From contig CAVRXL010000010.1 in NCBI GenBank assembly GCA_963725145.1, positions 986,693-1,050,692 on the forward strand: a stretch of DNA of 64,000 bases, read 5' to 3'. This stretch comes from an uncultured Acidobacteriota bacterium (GTDB lineage: Bacteria; Acidobacteriota; Vicinamibacteria; Vicinamibacterales; 2-12-FULL-66-21). Below, piece after piece: positions 37,491 to 45,444 of the stretch. Below the pieces are notes generated by a model. It saw nothing but the letters and a program-made list of their open reading frames with translations, ran no database searches and was not told the DNA's origin. A program made the position numbers and the translations under genes. Each line of letters begins with the position of its first letter. Position 1 is the stretch's first letter.

Positions 37491-39001
37491 GAGAGTGGCA
37501 CGCTTTGGCCCGCCTCGACCCAGATGTATTCCCAGGCGAACCCGCCCGCGAGCGCGAGCACGGCTGCGGCGGTCGTCGCGGCCGTCAGCGACGGGGTTGC
37601 GAGCAGCAGCGCGAGCGGAACGAGTCCGCCGCCCGCGACCGCGAGTCCCCAGAAGAGCCGAGCGTACGCGCCACGCCGGATCGTGCCGACAGCCAGCTCG
37701 TGATGCACGCTCGGGCTGGGCGACAGCAGCGTCTCGAACGCCAGAAAGACAAGATGCGCGGCGACAGACACGGCGAGGACTCGCACGAGAAACATCGACG
37801 CGGCGGCGTCGGCGTCGACGAATCGTGTGGCGATGAGGAGCGTCGCGGCGCCGGCCGCCGCTGCCTGCGCGAGAAGATCGACCGCCGCGTACGGCCCCTG
37901 CCACAGATCCCGAGCGAGCCCTTGCGCGAACAGAAACCCGGTATAGGACGTCGCGAGGATTGACGCGACGATGGCCGGCACGACGAGCCAGCCGATGAGC
38001 CCGTCGGCGCGCAGCCAGCCGGCCAGCAGCCACAACGTGGCGATCGCTCCGTGGGCGGTGAGAAAGTAGGCGCCCCAGACCATCCAGGATCGCCAGTTCG
38101 GACGGATGAGAATGTAGTAGAACCGCTCGGGACGTTCGAGGTCGGCCACGAGAACGATCGCGGTAAGTATCCCGAACACGACCGCGATCGCCGGCCCTAC
38201 GACAGTCGTGATCGCGTCGCGCCAGCCCAGCCACCAGAGAAAAGCCGACAGGAAGAGGGCGCCGGTCGCGATTCCCTTTGTCAGGAGGTAGATCGCCATG
38301 TCGAAGCCCCATGGCTTCTCGTGGGGGACGTCGTAGTCGACCCGCGGAAGCCCTGGCGCGGCGGGGTCCTCCGTCGGGGCGCCGAGCGGACGCAGGTGGA
38401 CCTGCCCTTCCTTATAGATCAGCGGCCGCGCCGAGATCTCGGGCCGGATGACGCTCTCCTCGGCGCCCAGGTAGAGGACCTTCGGTCCGGTGCCTTTCTC
38501 CGGCTTCCGGACCATGAACGCCTCGCGCTGGTAGATCCGCGACACCTCGCTCGCAGGATCGTCGAGGTCGCCGAAGATCCGGCACTCGGTCGGACACACG
38601 CTGACGCACGCCGGCAGCAGCCGGTTCTCGACCCGGTTCGCGCAGAAGTTGCATTTCTCCGCTGTGCGCGTGTTCGGGTCGATGAACAACTGATCGTACG
38701 GGCAGGCTTCCATGCAGGCGCGACAGCCGATGCAGGAGTCACTGTACAGATCGACGATGCCGTCGCGCCGTTTGAAGAGCGCATTGGTTGGACAGATGCG
38801 CACGCACGGCGCGTCGGTGCACTGATTGCAGAGAACCGGGAAGAAGAACCGTCGCACTTCCGGGAAGACGCCCTTCTCGACCGTTTTGACCCAGCACCGG
38901 TTCACGCCGATCGGGATGTCGTGCTCGGCCTTGCACGCAATCGTGCACGCGTGGCAGCCGATGCATTTGCGAAGATCGATGGCGAACCCGTAGGTTGGCA
39001 T
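37487..39001 (-). CDS. fusion of a 4x[4Fe-4S] ferredoxin subunit (PsrB/DmsB-like) with an NrfD/PsrC-like membrane anchor
   Basis: Track ORF of 504 aa. Cys clusters CIGCHACTIACK, CNQCTDAPCVRICP, CIGCRACMEACP and CNFCANR...CVSVCP are followed by a multi-helix hydrophobic C-terminal half. Confidence 0.85.
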   Translation of the reverse strand: MPTYGFAIDLRKCIGCHACTIACKAEHDIPIGVNRCWVKTVEKGVFPEVRRFFFPVLCNQCTDAPCVRICPTNALFKRRDGIVDLYSDSCIGCRACMEACPYDQLFIDPNTRTAEKCNFCANRVENRLLPACVSVCPTECRIFGDLDDPASEVSRIYQREAFMVRKPEKGTGPKVLYLGAEESVIRPEISARPLIYKEGQVHLRPLGAPTEDPAAPGLPRVDYDVPHEKPWGFDMAIYLLTKGIATGALFLSAFLWWLGWRDAITTVVGPAIAVVFGILTAIVLVADLERPERFYYILIRPNWRSWMVWGAYFLTAHGAIATLWLLAGWLRADGLIGWLVVPAIVASILATSYTGFLFAQGLARDLWQGPYAAVDLLAQAAAAGAATLLIATRFVDADAAASMFLVRVLAVSVAAHLVFLAFETLLSPSPSVHHELAVGTIRRGAYARLFWGLAVAGGGLVPLALLLATPSLTAATTAAAVLALAGGFAWEYIWVEAGQSVPLS

Positions 39002-39034
39002 TCTGTATTCTGGATTCTGAATTCTGGATTCTAG
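39000..39034. repeat. 7-nt tandem repeat ATTCTGN x5
   Basis: attctgt attctgg attctga attctgg attctag. It fills the 37-nt spacer between the methylase stop (39039-39041) and the FeS-NrfD ATG (39001-38999). Confidence 0.9.
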
Positions 39035-39038
39035 ACCA

Positions 39039-42000
39039 TTACCGAAGAGCCTGCCACGCGCTCAGGACCGCGGCACGGCGGCTGGCCGGCACCAGCGGAA
39101 ACGTGTCGAGCACGTGCGAGAGCTCATCCGCGGCGAGGCCGTAGAGCGCCGCGGCACGCGCCTGGGCGCTCGCCGCCGCCTGGTCGTCGTCCGGGTTCGC
39201 TTCAAGACGACACGCCAGTCTCTCCAGATCCGTGTACGCGATCGATCCGCGGTCGGGCCGCGGGACCGGCAGCCGTTCGACGATTGCGGCAGACAGATGC
39301 GTCCCGATCCGCTGGCGGACGAGGAAGTTCGCGATGTAGCTGTTCAGCAGCGCGCACAGCACGCGTTGATCCTTCGTCGGCATCGCATCCTTCAGACAGA
39401 ACACCGTGTGGGTGGTCACGCAGCCCGCGGGCACGATTGCGGCGATCAGCGACAGGCGGTTGCCGGCCGATGCGACGTCGCGATAGGCGAGCCGCGGCCG
39501 AGCGAACCGATCGCCGCCGAGTCGCGCGCGCGCCTCGTCGGCCGGCAGGCTGAATCGCGATCCGCGGAGATCCACGGCGAACGGCGCAAGCTGCTTCCCC
39601 TCGACGATCGGCAGCCCCTCGCCCGGCTGCCGGAATGCCTCCGCATCGTCGGTCGCGTTCAGTTCCCGCCCGAAGCGGGCGCGCCAGCCCTGGACGGATC
39701 CGAGCTGGGGCGCGGCGGCGGCCTTCTCGGCGATCCGAAGGTCGGCCTGAGTGCGTATCTCGGGGATGACCAGCTGATCGCCGGTCAGGCGCGCGAGGAG
39801 CTGAGGCGTGAGCGTCACGGGGAACGCGTCGCGCGGCGCGCCGCCGTCCGGAATGCGATCCAGCGCGCGTGCGTCGCGCTCGCCGAAGCGGCAGGCGATC
39901 GCGCCGGTGCATCCGCCACGCGTCGCGGTCAGGAGGAGGAAGCGCAAGCTCCGATGTATCGGGAAGACGGCCTCGCGATTCTCGAAGCCGACGATCGAAT
40001 CGACGATGGAGCGCTCGAGGAGGTGGCGGCGCAAGGCCGCAGAGCCCTGGTCCAGGGCGAGGCTGGACGGCAGGATCAGCCCAAGCCGTCCCTCGGGCGA
40101 TAGCAGCGACAGGGCTCGTTCGAGAAAGAGTTGATAGAGGTTCGCGTGGCCGCGACCCTGGAGCAGATACAGCCCACTCCCGCGCGTGAACCGGACGAGC
40201 GCTGCGGCATCCCGATGATCGCCGCGCAGCATCTCCCACGGTGGGTTGCCCAGGATGGCGTCGAAACCGGCCGACGGGAGGGGTGCACCCGCGGCGTCAA
40301 AGAAGACCTCGGGGAACTCGAGCGTCCAATGAAGGAAGCGCCTCTCCAGCGCGGTGGCCGCGGCCAGGGCCAGCCGGTTGTTCGCGTGATGAGGGGGAAG
40401 CACACGCGTGCCGCCCCCAATCTCGGCGGCCAGCGCGTCGTATTCGCGCCGATCGGGAGCGCCGGACAGCGCGGGCCAGAACCACGCGGCACACCAGAGA
40501 TCCGCGACTTCGCGCCAGCGCGCCAGCGGCGCGCCGCGCCCCGCGAGGGCGGCGAGCGCGCGCTCCTTTCGACGCACGGCATCGACGGTGTCGTCCGGAT
40601 CTTCCGCGATCCGCGCTCGCCCGACGGCTGTCTGGCCAAGCGATCGTTCGAGGCCCTCCGTGTCGTCGAAAAGATGCGCGCCCTCGTGCCGGGCTCCGGT
40701 CCTCCGCCGTGTCCGTGAGTTCGTGCCGGGTGGCTGGCGCAGCAGATCCGCTGCGGATGCGCCGACGAGGCTGTCTCCGTCGCGAAGCCGATGGTCGAGA
40801 AACGTGAGGGGGCGATCGGCCGCCAGCGTCGCAAGCCAGAGCGAGAGACGGCCGAGCTGCACCGCCGTGGGATTGAGATCGACGCCGAACAGGCAGCGCT
40901 GCGCCACGGCGCGTCTCAGGCGAACGCCCGCCGCAGCCACCGCCGGAGATGACCGATCGCGTGAATCCAGGAGCTCGTCCAGATCCTCCCCGTCGCGAAT
41001 CAGCGCGCGTTCGCAGGCGTCGGCGAGGTAGCGGCAGGCAGCGACGAGAAACGCGCCGCTCCCCATCGCGAGATCCAGGATGCGGAGCGACAGGATCTCG
41101 CGGGCCGAGCGACGCTCGACCAGCGGGTGCAGCGTCCGACGGACGAGGTACTCCGTGAGAGACCGCGGGGAGTAAAACGATCCGGTCTGTTTTCGGGTCG
41201 ATCTGTTCGTGCCCGATGCGTTATCGGTCGTGAGATCCAGGACGCTTTCGTACACGGCGCCGAGCTGTTCAACACCAAGATCCCGATACGAGACGCGGCG
41301 CCGGCCTCCGTCCCCCGAGACGGTGGACAACGCGAGAAGCACCGAGCGCACCGTCGTGTCGTTCACGCGCCGGGACTCGCCGAGCGGAGTGCGGGCGGGC
41401 TCGAACAACCGTCCGTTGAATGGTGTGACGACGAGCTCGCCGGCGTGGCAGCCGGCATGCGCAAGCCGCGACGTGGCCTGAAGCGCCGACCATAGACCGC
41501 GGCTGCATCCGGCCAGGGCCTGCTCGGTCAGCGCGCCGATCGCGTACGCCCTGCGATACGTCGGATGCCACACCGGGACGAGCCCGCGCGCCTCCGCGAA
41601 CAGGAGAAAAAGGATTCGATACACGATCGTCAGCGCCTGATCCGCCGCGCGTGCTCCGAGCGCGCGGGTGAGCTCCCTGACCGAGGCGCGCACGCCGTCC
41701 TCGAGCGCCGCCCCTACCGATACCTGGTGCGCGTCCGAAAGCGCGAGCGCCCGGTCGATGACCGCTCCGCCGCCGCGCGTGAACGCCTCCGCTCGAAGCA
41801 GGCCCCACAGCACGCCGAAGGTACCGGCGTCGCGGAGGACGAGATCCAGGTTGAACTCCAGATATCGCCTCGAGAAAGTGCGGCGCGCGTCGACGATCCG
41901 GAGGTCGCGGCCGTTGTGACAAAGCGCCCACGCCGCTCCAGCGGCGATTCCAGCGGTGACCGCCCCGCGCCAGGCGCTCTCGAGAGGCGCACCCCATGGA

Positions 42001-42317
42001 GCGACCAGTAAGATGATCGAAACGTCCGACCGCCCGATGCCGCTCGACGGCCCGAGCGCAGACGTGAGGTGGCCGGACGGGAGCGGGTCGACGCCCGCCG
42101 CGTGGAAGCCGAGCAGACTCACGAGCGGTCCGGCCGCCAGGTCGAATACGGCGCGCACCGACGAGGCCGGCCCGAGCTCCGAGAGTCCCGACAGAACCGA
42201 CCGGGCGCGCCGCCGGGCGGGCTCTCTCTCCGTCTCGCCGAGCTTCCCCGCGAGCGCGGACGCCAGCTGCTCCTGAAGGAACTGCAGCGAGAAGAGCGAG
42301 CCTGAGAGTCCCCTCAC
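39039..42317 (-). CDS. large N6-adenine DNA methyltransferase of type IIG / BREX-PglX / DISARM-DrmMI architecture (N-terminal nuclease-like domain without an obvious catalytic triad, MTase core, TaqI_C-like specificity domain)
   Basis: Track ORF 39039..42452. I place the start at the GTG at 42317, which overlaps the helicase TGA (GTGA). Motifs: LDLAMGSGAFLVAA (SAM binding), FGVDLNPTAVQLGRLSLWL, ILGNPPWE (NPPW catalytic), and C-terminal LCALLNSYIANFLVRQ...VERLPVP. Confidence 0.85.
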   Translation of the reverse strand: MRGLSGSLFSLQFLQEQLASALAGKLGETEREPARRRARSVLSGLSELGPASSVRAVFDLAAGPLVSLLGFHAAGVDPLPSGHLTSALGPSSGIGRSDVSIILLVAPWGAPLESAWRGAVTAGIAAGAAWALCHNGRDLRIVDARRTFSRRYLEFNLDLVLRDAGTFGVLWGLLRAEAFTRGGGAVIDRALALSDAHQVSVGAALEDGVRASVRELTRALGARAADQALTIVYRILFLLFAEARGLVPVWHPTYRRAYAIGALTEQALAGCSRGLWSALQATSRLAHAGCHAGELVVTPFNGRLFEPARTPLGESRRVNDTTVRSVLLALSTVSGDGGRRRVSYRDLGVEQLGAVYESVLDLTTDNASGTNRSTRKQTGSFYSPRSLTEYLVRRTLHPLVERRSAREILSLRILDLAMGSGAFLVAACRYLADACERALIRDGEDLDELLDSRDRSSPAVAAAGVRLRRAVAQRCLFGVDLNPTAVQLGRLSLWLATLAADRPLTFLDHRLRDGDSLVGASAADLLRQPPGTNSRTRRRTGARHEGAHLFDDTEGLERSLGQTAVGRARIAEDPDDTVDAVRRKERALAALAGRGAPLARWREVADLWCAAWFWPALSGAPDRREYDALAAEIGGGTRVLPPHHANNRLALAAATALERRFLHWTLEFPEVFFDAAGAPLPSAGFDAILGNPPWEMLRGDHRDAAALVRFTRGSGLYLLQGRGHANLYQLFLERALSLLSPEGRLGLILPSSLALDQGSAALRRHLLERSIVDSIVGFENREAVFPIHRSLRFLLLTATRGGCTGAIACRFGERDARALDRIPDGGAPRDAFPVTLTPQLLARLTGDQLVIPEIRTQADLRIAEKAAAAPQLGSVQGWRARFGRELNATDDAEAFRQPGEGLPIVEGKQLAPFAVDLRGSRFSLPADEARARLGGDRFARPRLAYRDVASAGNRLSLIAAIVPAGCVTTHTVFCLKDAMPTKDQRVLCALLNSYIANFLVRQRIGTHLSAAIVERLPVPRPDRGSIAYTDLERLACRLEANPDDDQAAASAQARAAALYGLAADELSHVLDTFPLVPASRRAAVLSAWQALR

Positions 42318-44839
42318 CGCCCTCGGTCCACTCGAGGTCGAGACGTCCTTCCACTTCGTGACTCGGCCCGCGCGACGAGCGCTAGTTCCGGCGGCTCCGT
42401 AACCATGCTTCGCGACCGCTCGAGCCGATCGATCCGTGACGCGAGATCGCACGCGAGCGAGAGGCGGGCGGACTCGTCTGCCTGAGCCCGATCGAGCGCA
42501 CGGCGATCGAAGAGCGCCGGCTGCACCTCATGGTCTTCCTCGGGGCTGGGAGAGCCGATGGCTCGCCAGCGCGCGAGCAGCCGGTCCAGCGCGGCATTCC
42601 GGAACCGCTCAACGTCGCGGAGGCGGGACGAGTAGTACGTGCCGTCGACGTTCTGCTCGGTCGCGGCAACGAGCGTAGAGTCAACGATTCGGCCTGCACC
42701 GTCGCGGATCTCCGATCGATAGACGAACAACGAACGGTTGTCGGACACGAGCCGGTCGAGGCCGTTTCGCCGCCGCGCCAGCCGCGCAGGCGTCAGTTCG
42801 AGCAGAAGAGGACCGCGTTGTGCCGATTCCCTGGCCTTCCGGATCGGGGCGGCCTCCGCGCACGCCCTCGCAGCCAGCCTCTCGATCTCATGGGGAATCT
42901 CTGCATCTTCATGTGTTCGTGCCGTGAGTGGTGACGGCAGTCTGCTGCCGCCGAGGATGGCCTCCGCCACCACCGGTTCCGGCCACACATCGTCGAACCA
43001 CCCTGCCTGACGCGCGCGCCGGATGCGCGCCACGAGGCGTCCCAGCACGAGCGATTCGGCCGTGCCGCGCGCGACCAGGTGCAGCACGTGCGGCGCGCGG
43101 CGCTGGCCGTACCGGTCGACACGGCCCGCGCGCTGCTCGAGTCGAGCCGGGTTCCACGGCAGCTCGAAGTTGATGACCCATCGGCAGCGGGCGTGCAGAT
43201 TCAACCCTTCGCCCGCGGCGTCGGTAGCAAGCAGGAGCGAGACCGTTCCGTCGTTGAGCGCGTTCGTCGCCGCGCGGCGCTCGTCGCGCGACAGGCCGCC
43301 ATGGAGGATCGTGTGCCGGCGGACGGAGGACAACCGGGTCGCGAGGTGTTCCAGCGTGTCGCGATATTCCGTGAAGACGATCGCCGCTTCGCGCGTGCGT
43401 CCGAGCAGCCGCTCCAACGCGCGAAGTTTGCTCTCGCGTGTGACGGAGGCGGCCGCCGCGGCGAGGGCGGTCAGCACGTCTCGTTCGGTCCTGCTATCGA
43501 TGAGGCCGGGTGCGCCAAGCACGGAGTCGGAGACCGTATCGTCGGCTGATGTCTCGCCTTCCTGATCAGGGTCGAACCGCAGCGCGATCTGACGAGCGGA
43601 AGTGTCGCCAGGTTGCTCCAGGAGCGCCAGCCGCCGTTCGATCGTGCGGCCCGCTGCCCAGGCGCTCGACAGCGCACGCTTCCTGAGCACGATCATGGCG
43701 AGCTTCGCCGCCGGCGAGGGTGTCTCGCGCCAGACTCGGGACGTGTAGCGGTCGAGGAGACGATGAAGCCTGCGCTCCTGCGAGGTCAGCCGGATTCTGA
43801 ACAACCGCGTTCGACGGGTCGGGACCTCGGCCCCGAGCGCGGCTCGGGAGCGTCGAAAGACAACGAAGTCGCGATCGACCGTGACATCGGAGGATGGTGC
43901 TCCGGTCGCGCGGAGCGCGGCGTAACCCTCGCGATCCGATGCGAACGGCGTCGCCGTCAGCAGGATGACACGTGCCGCCCGTCCGGCGGCACGATGCAGC
44001 GCCGCCCCTCGCTCGGTTCCCGGGGCGGCGAGATGCGCCTCGTCTGCGATCGCCAGGTCCCACCAGAGTCCGTCGATCCCGTGCAGGACTTCGCGCCGCT
44101 TCAGAAAATCGAAGGACACGACATATACGCCGGGCAGGGACCACGGGTTGACGCCGGGTGGCAACTCCCGCGCGGCTCCGGCCAGAAACGCCGCGTCCGC
44201 GACGATGCACGGCTGTCGGAAGCGAGCGAGCTCGTCGGCCCATTGATCGCGAAGTCCGGCCGGCGTCACGATGAGGACGCGCTCGGCTTCACCGCGCGCG
44301 GCCAGTTCCGCGAGCGCGATCAACGCCTGGACGGTTTTGCCCAACCCCACAGCGTCCGCGATCAGAACGCGCGACGCCGCACCCCGTGCCAGCGCCAGCG
44401 CGGGCTCGAGCTGCCACGGCAGCAGGTCAATCGCCGCGCGGTGCGCCGCCTGGAGTCCGCAGGCGGGCCGCACAGCGGCCGCTTCGCCGGCGAGCGCGCG
44501 CAGCCACGCCCGCCGTGAGACGCGAGGTACATCGACGGGCGCGCCACCAGCGAAGTCGAGTCGGGCGTGGCCACCGACACCCAGCGGCTCGAGACGGTCG
44601 AACGGCGCGAGAAGAACGAGCTCTTGCCTGTCGTTGGACGACGAGATCCCGGCGAGCTGCACCTCCAGGCAATCGCTCCACGGCCTGGTCCCCGCCACGC
44701 GCCACCGACGGCCGCGCGCCGTGACGCGCTGGCCGGCGTGCAATTCCTGCCACATCATCCGCGTCCGTGAAGTGAACTTTCTGCCACGTTCGCGCTCCGA
44801 ACGGGCTCCGACGACGTCGATCGGCAAGCGGAATGCCAC
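42314..44839 (-). CDS. SNF2/RapA-family helicase-related ATPase
   Basis: Track ORF of 841 aa with a GTG start. Motifs: ADAVGLGKT, IADEAHLAA (DEAH), LLTATP, LATDAAGEGLNL, QRAGRVDRYGQ. About 230 C-terminal residues are unassigned. Confidence 0.88.
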   Translation of the reverse strand: MAFRLPIDVVGARSERERGRKFTSRTRMMWQELHAGQRVTARGRRWRVAGTRPWSDCLEVQLAGISSSNDRQELVLLAPFDRLEPLGVGGHARLDFAGGAPVDVPRVSRRAWLRALAGEAAAVRPACGLQAAHRAAIDLLPWQLEPALALARGAASRVLIADAVGLGKTVQALIALAELAARGEAERVLIVTPAGLRDQWADELARFRQPCIVADAAFLAGAARELPPGVNPWSLPGVYVVSFDFLKRREVLHGIDGLWWDLAIADEAHLAAPGTERGAALHRAAGRAARVILLTATPFASDREGYAALRATGAPSSDVTVDRDFVVFRRSRAALGAEVPTRRTRLFRIRLTSQERRLHRLLDRYTSRVWRETPSPAAKLAMIVLRKRALSSAWAAGRTIERRLALLEQPGDTSARQIALRFDPDQEGETSADDTVSDSVLGAPGLIDSRTERDVLTALAAAAASVTRESKLRALERLLGRTREAAIVFTEYRDTLEHLATRLSSVRRHTILHGGLSRDERRAATNALNDGTVSLLLATDAAGEGLNLHARCRWVINFELPWNPARLEQRAGRVDRYGQRRAPHVLHLVARGTAESLVLGRLVARIRRARQAGWFDDVWPEPVVAEAILGGSRLPSPLTARTHEDAEIPHEIERLAARACAEAAPIRKARESAQRGPLLLELTPARLARRRNGLDRLVSDNRSLFVYRSEIRDGAGRIVDSTLVAATEQNVDGTYYSSRLRDVERFRNAALDRLLARWRAIGSPSPEEDHEVQPALFDRRALDRAQADESARLSLACDLASRIDRLERSRSMVTEPPELALVARAESRSGRTSRPRVDRGR

Positions 44840-44881
44840 AAGGAGGAGGTAAGAGGTAGGAGGCGGGAGGCAAGAAGTAGG
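44840..44881. repeat. 7-nt-periodic degenerate repeat AGGYRRG x6, abutting the helicase start codon
   Basis: aaggagg aggtaag aggtagg aggcggg aggcaag aagtagg. On the helicase coding strand this reads as a pyrimidine tract ...cctcctacctcttacctcctccttGTG with no Shine-Dalgarno. Confidence 0.85.
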
Positions 44882-44993
44882 GCCCCCTTGACTGGAGGGG
44901 CCGTGGGGCGCAGCATGGATCGATTCCCCAGAAACTCCGCGCGCGGCTTGCCGCGCCGAAGCGGCTAGTGTCCAGTTACGCCGCGAAGGCGGG

Positions 44994-45353
44994 ATGAGCG
45001 TGAGTGACGCTTCGAGTCAGGTCGTGATCTGTCCGGGGTGCAGCCGCCGCGTCCCGCGACGTGTCGACGTCTGCCGATGCGGCTTCCGGCTGGCAGCGGT
45101 ATACGGCAGCCCGCCCGAGACGTCGTTTGACGTCGGGACGCCGGAAGCGCGGCCGCGCCGTTGGGTCCCGATCCTGGTGATCGGCGCTGGGGCTGGCGCT
45201 GGTCGGCGCCGGCATCTGGTACACATCTCAGCGCCGGACAGCGGCCTCGCAGGCCTCGGTTCCGGCGCCGTCGCCACAGGTCGGTTCAGCGTCCCCTCAG
45301 GCGCTTGCCGCGCCGCCACCCGGGTCGCGCCTCCAGACGCCTGGCAAGGCTGA
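44994..45353 (+). CDS. zinc-ribbon N-terminal fragment, probably the true 5' part of the S1 protease gene (frame lost near 45180)
   Basis: Track ORF of 119 aa. It starts MSVSDASSQVVICPGCSRRVPRRVDVCRCG (CxxC...CxC). Sequence after WVPILVIG becomes Gly/Arg junk. Confidence 0.55.
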   Translation: MSVSDASSQVVICPGCSRRVPRRVDVCRCGFRLAAVYGSPPETSFDVGTPEARPRRWVPILVIGAGAGAGRRRHLVHISAPDSGLAGLGSGAVATGRFSVPSGACRAATRVAPPDAWQG

Positions 45354-45444
45354 ACCCCCCGGAACCATTCGAACCCCCGGAACCCTGGGAACCCCGGGAG
45401 CCCCGGAAACCCCGGGAACGCTCGAAGAAGTTATCAGCCAGGCA

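Noticed and set aside
37491-38312. N-terminal 274 aa of track ORF 34731..38312 (1193 aa).
   Set aside because: This part overlaps the FeS-NrfD gene out of frame and is Arg-rich. The molybdoenzyme sequence begins at MTTPFRSHP (ATG at 37490), with an ATGA overlap to the upstream stop.
42318-42452. The 45-codon upstream extension of the methyltransferase ORF that overlaps the helicase 3' end.
   Set aside because: The extension is Arg/Ala-rich. A GTG exactly overlapping the helicase stop (GTGA) gives a standard translationally coupled start. This remains an inference.
39039-44839. Classifying the helicase-methylase pair as DISARM or BREX.
   Set aside because: No DrmA/DrmB (DUF1998)/DrmC (PLD) and no PglZ/BrxC/BrxL-like proteins are recognisable anywhere in the 64-kb window. 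Only the DrmD/DrmMI-like (or PglX-like) halves are present, so I report it as an unclassified pair instead.
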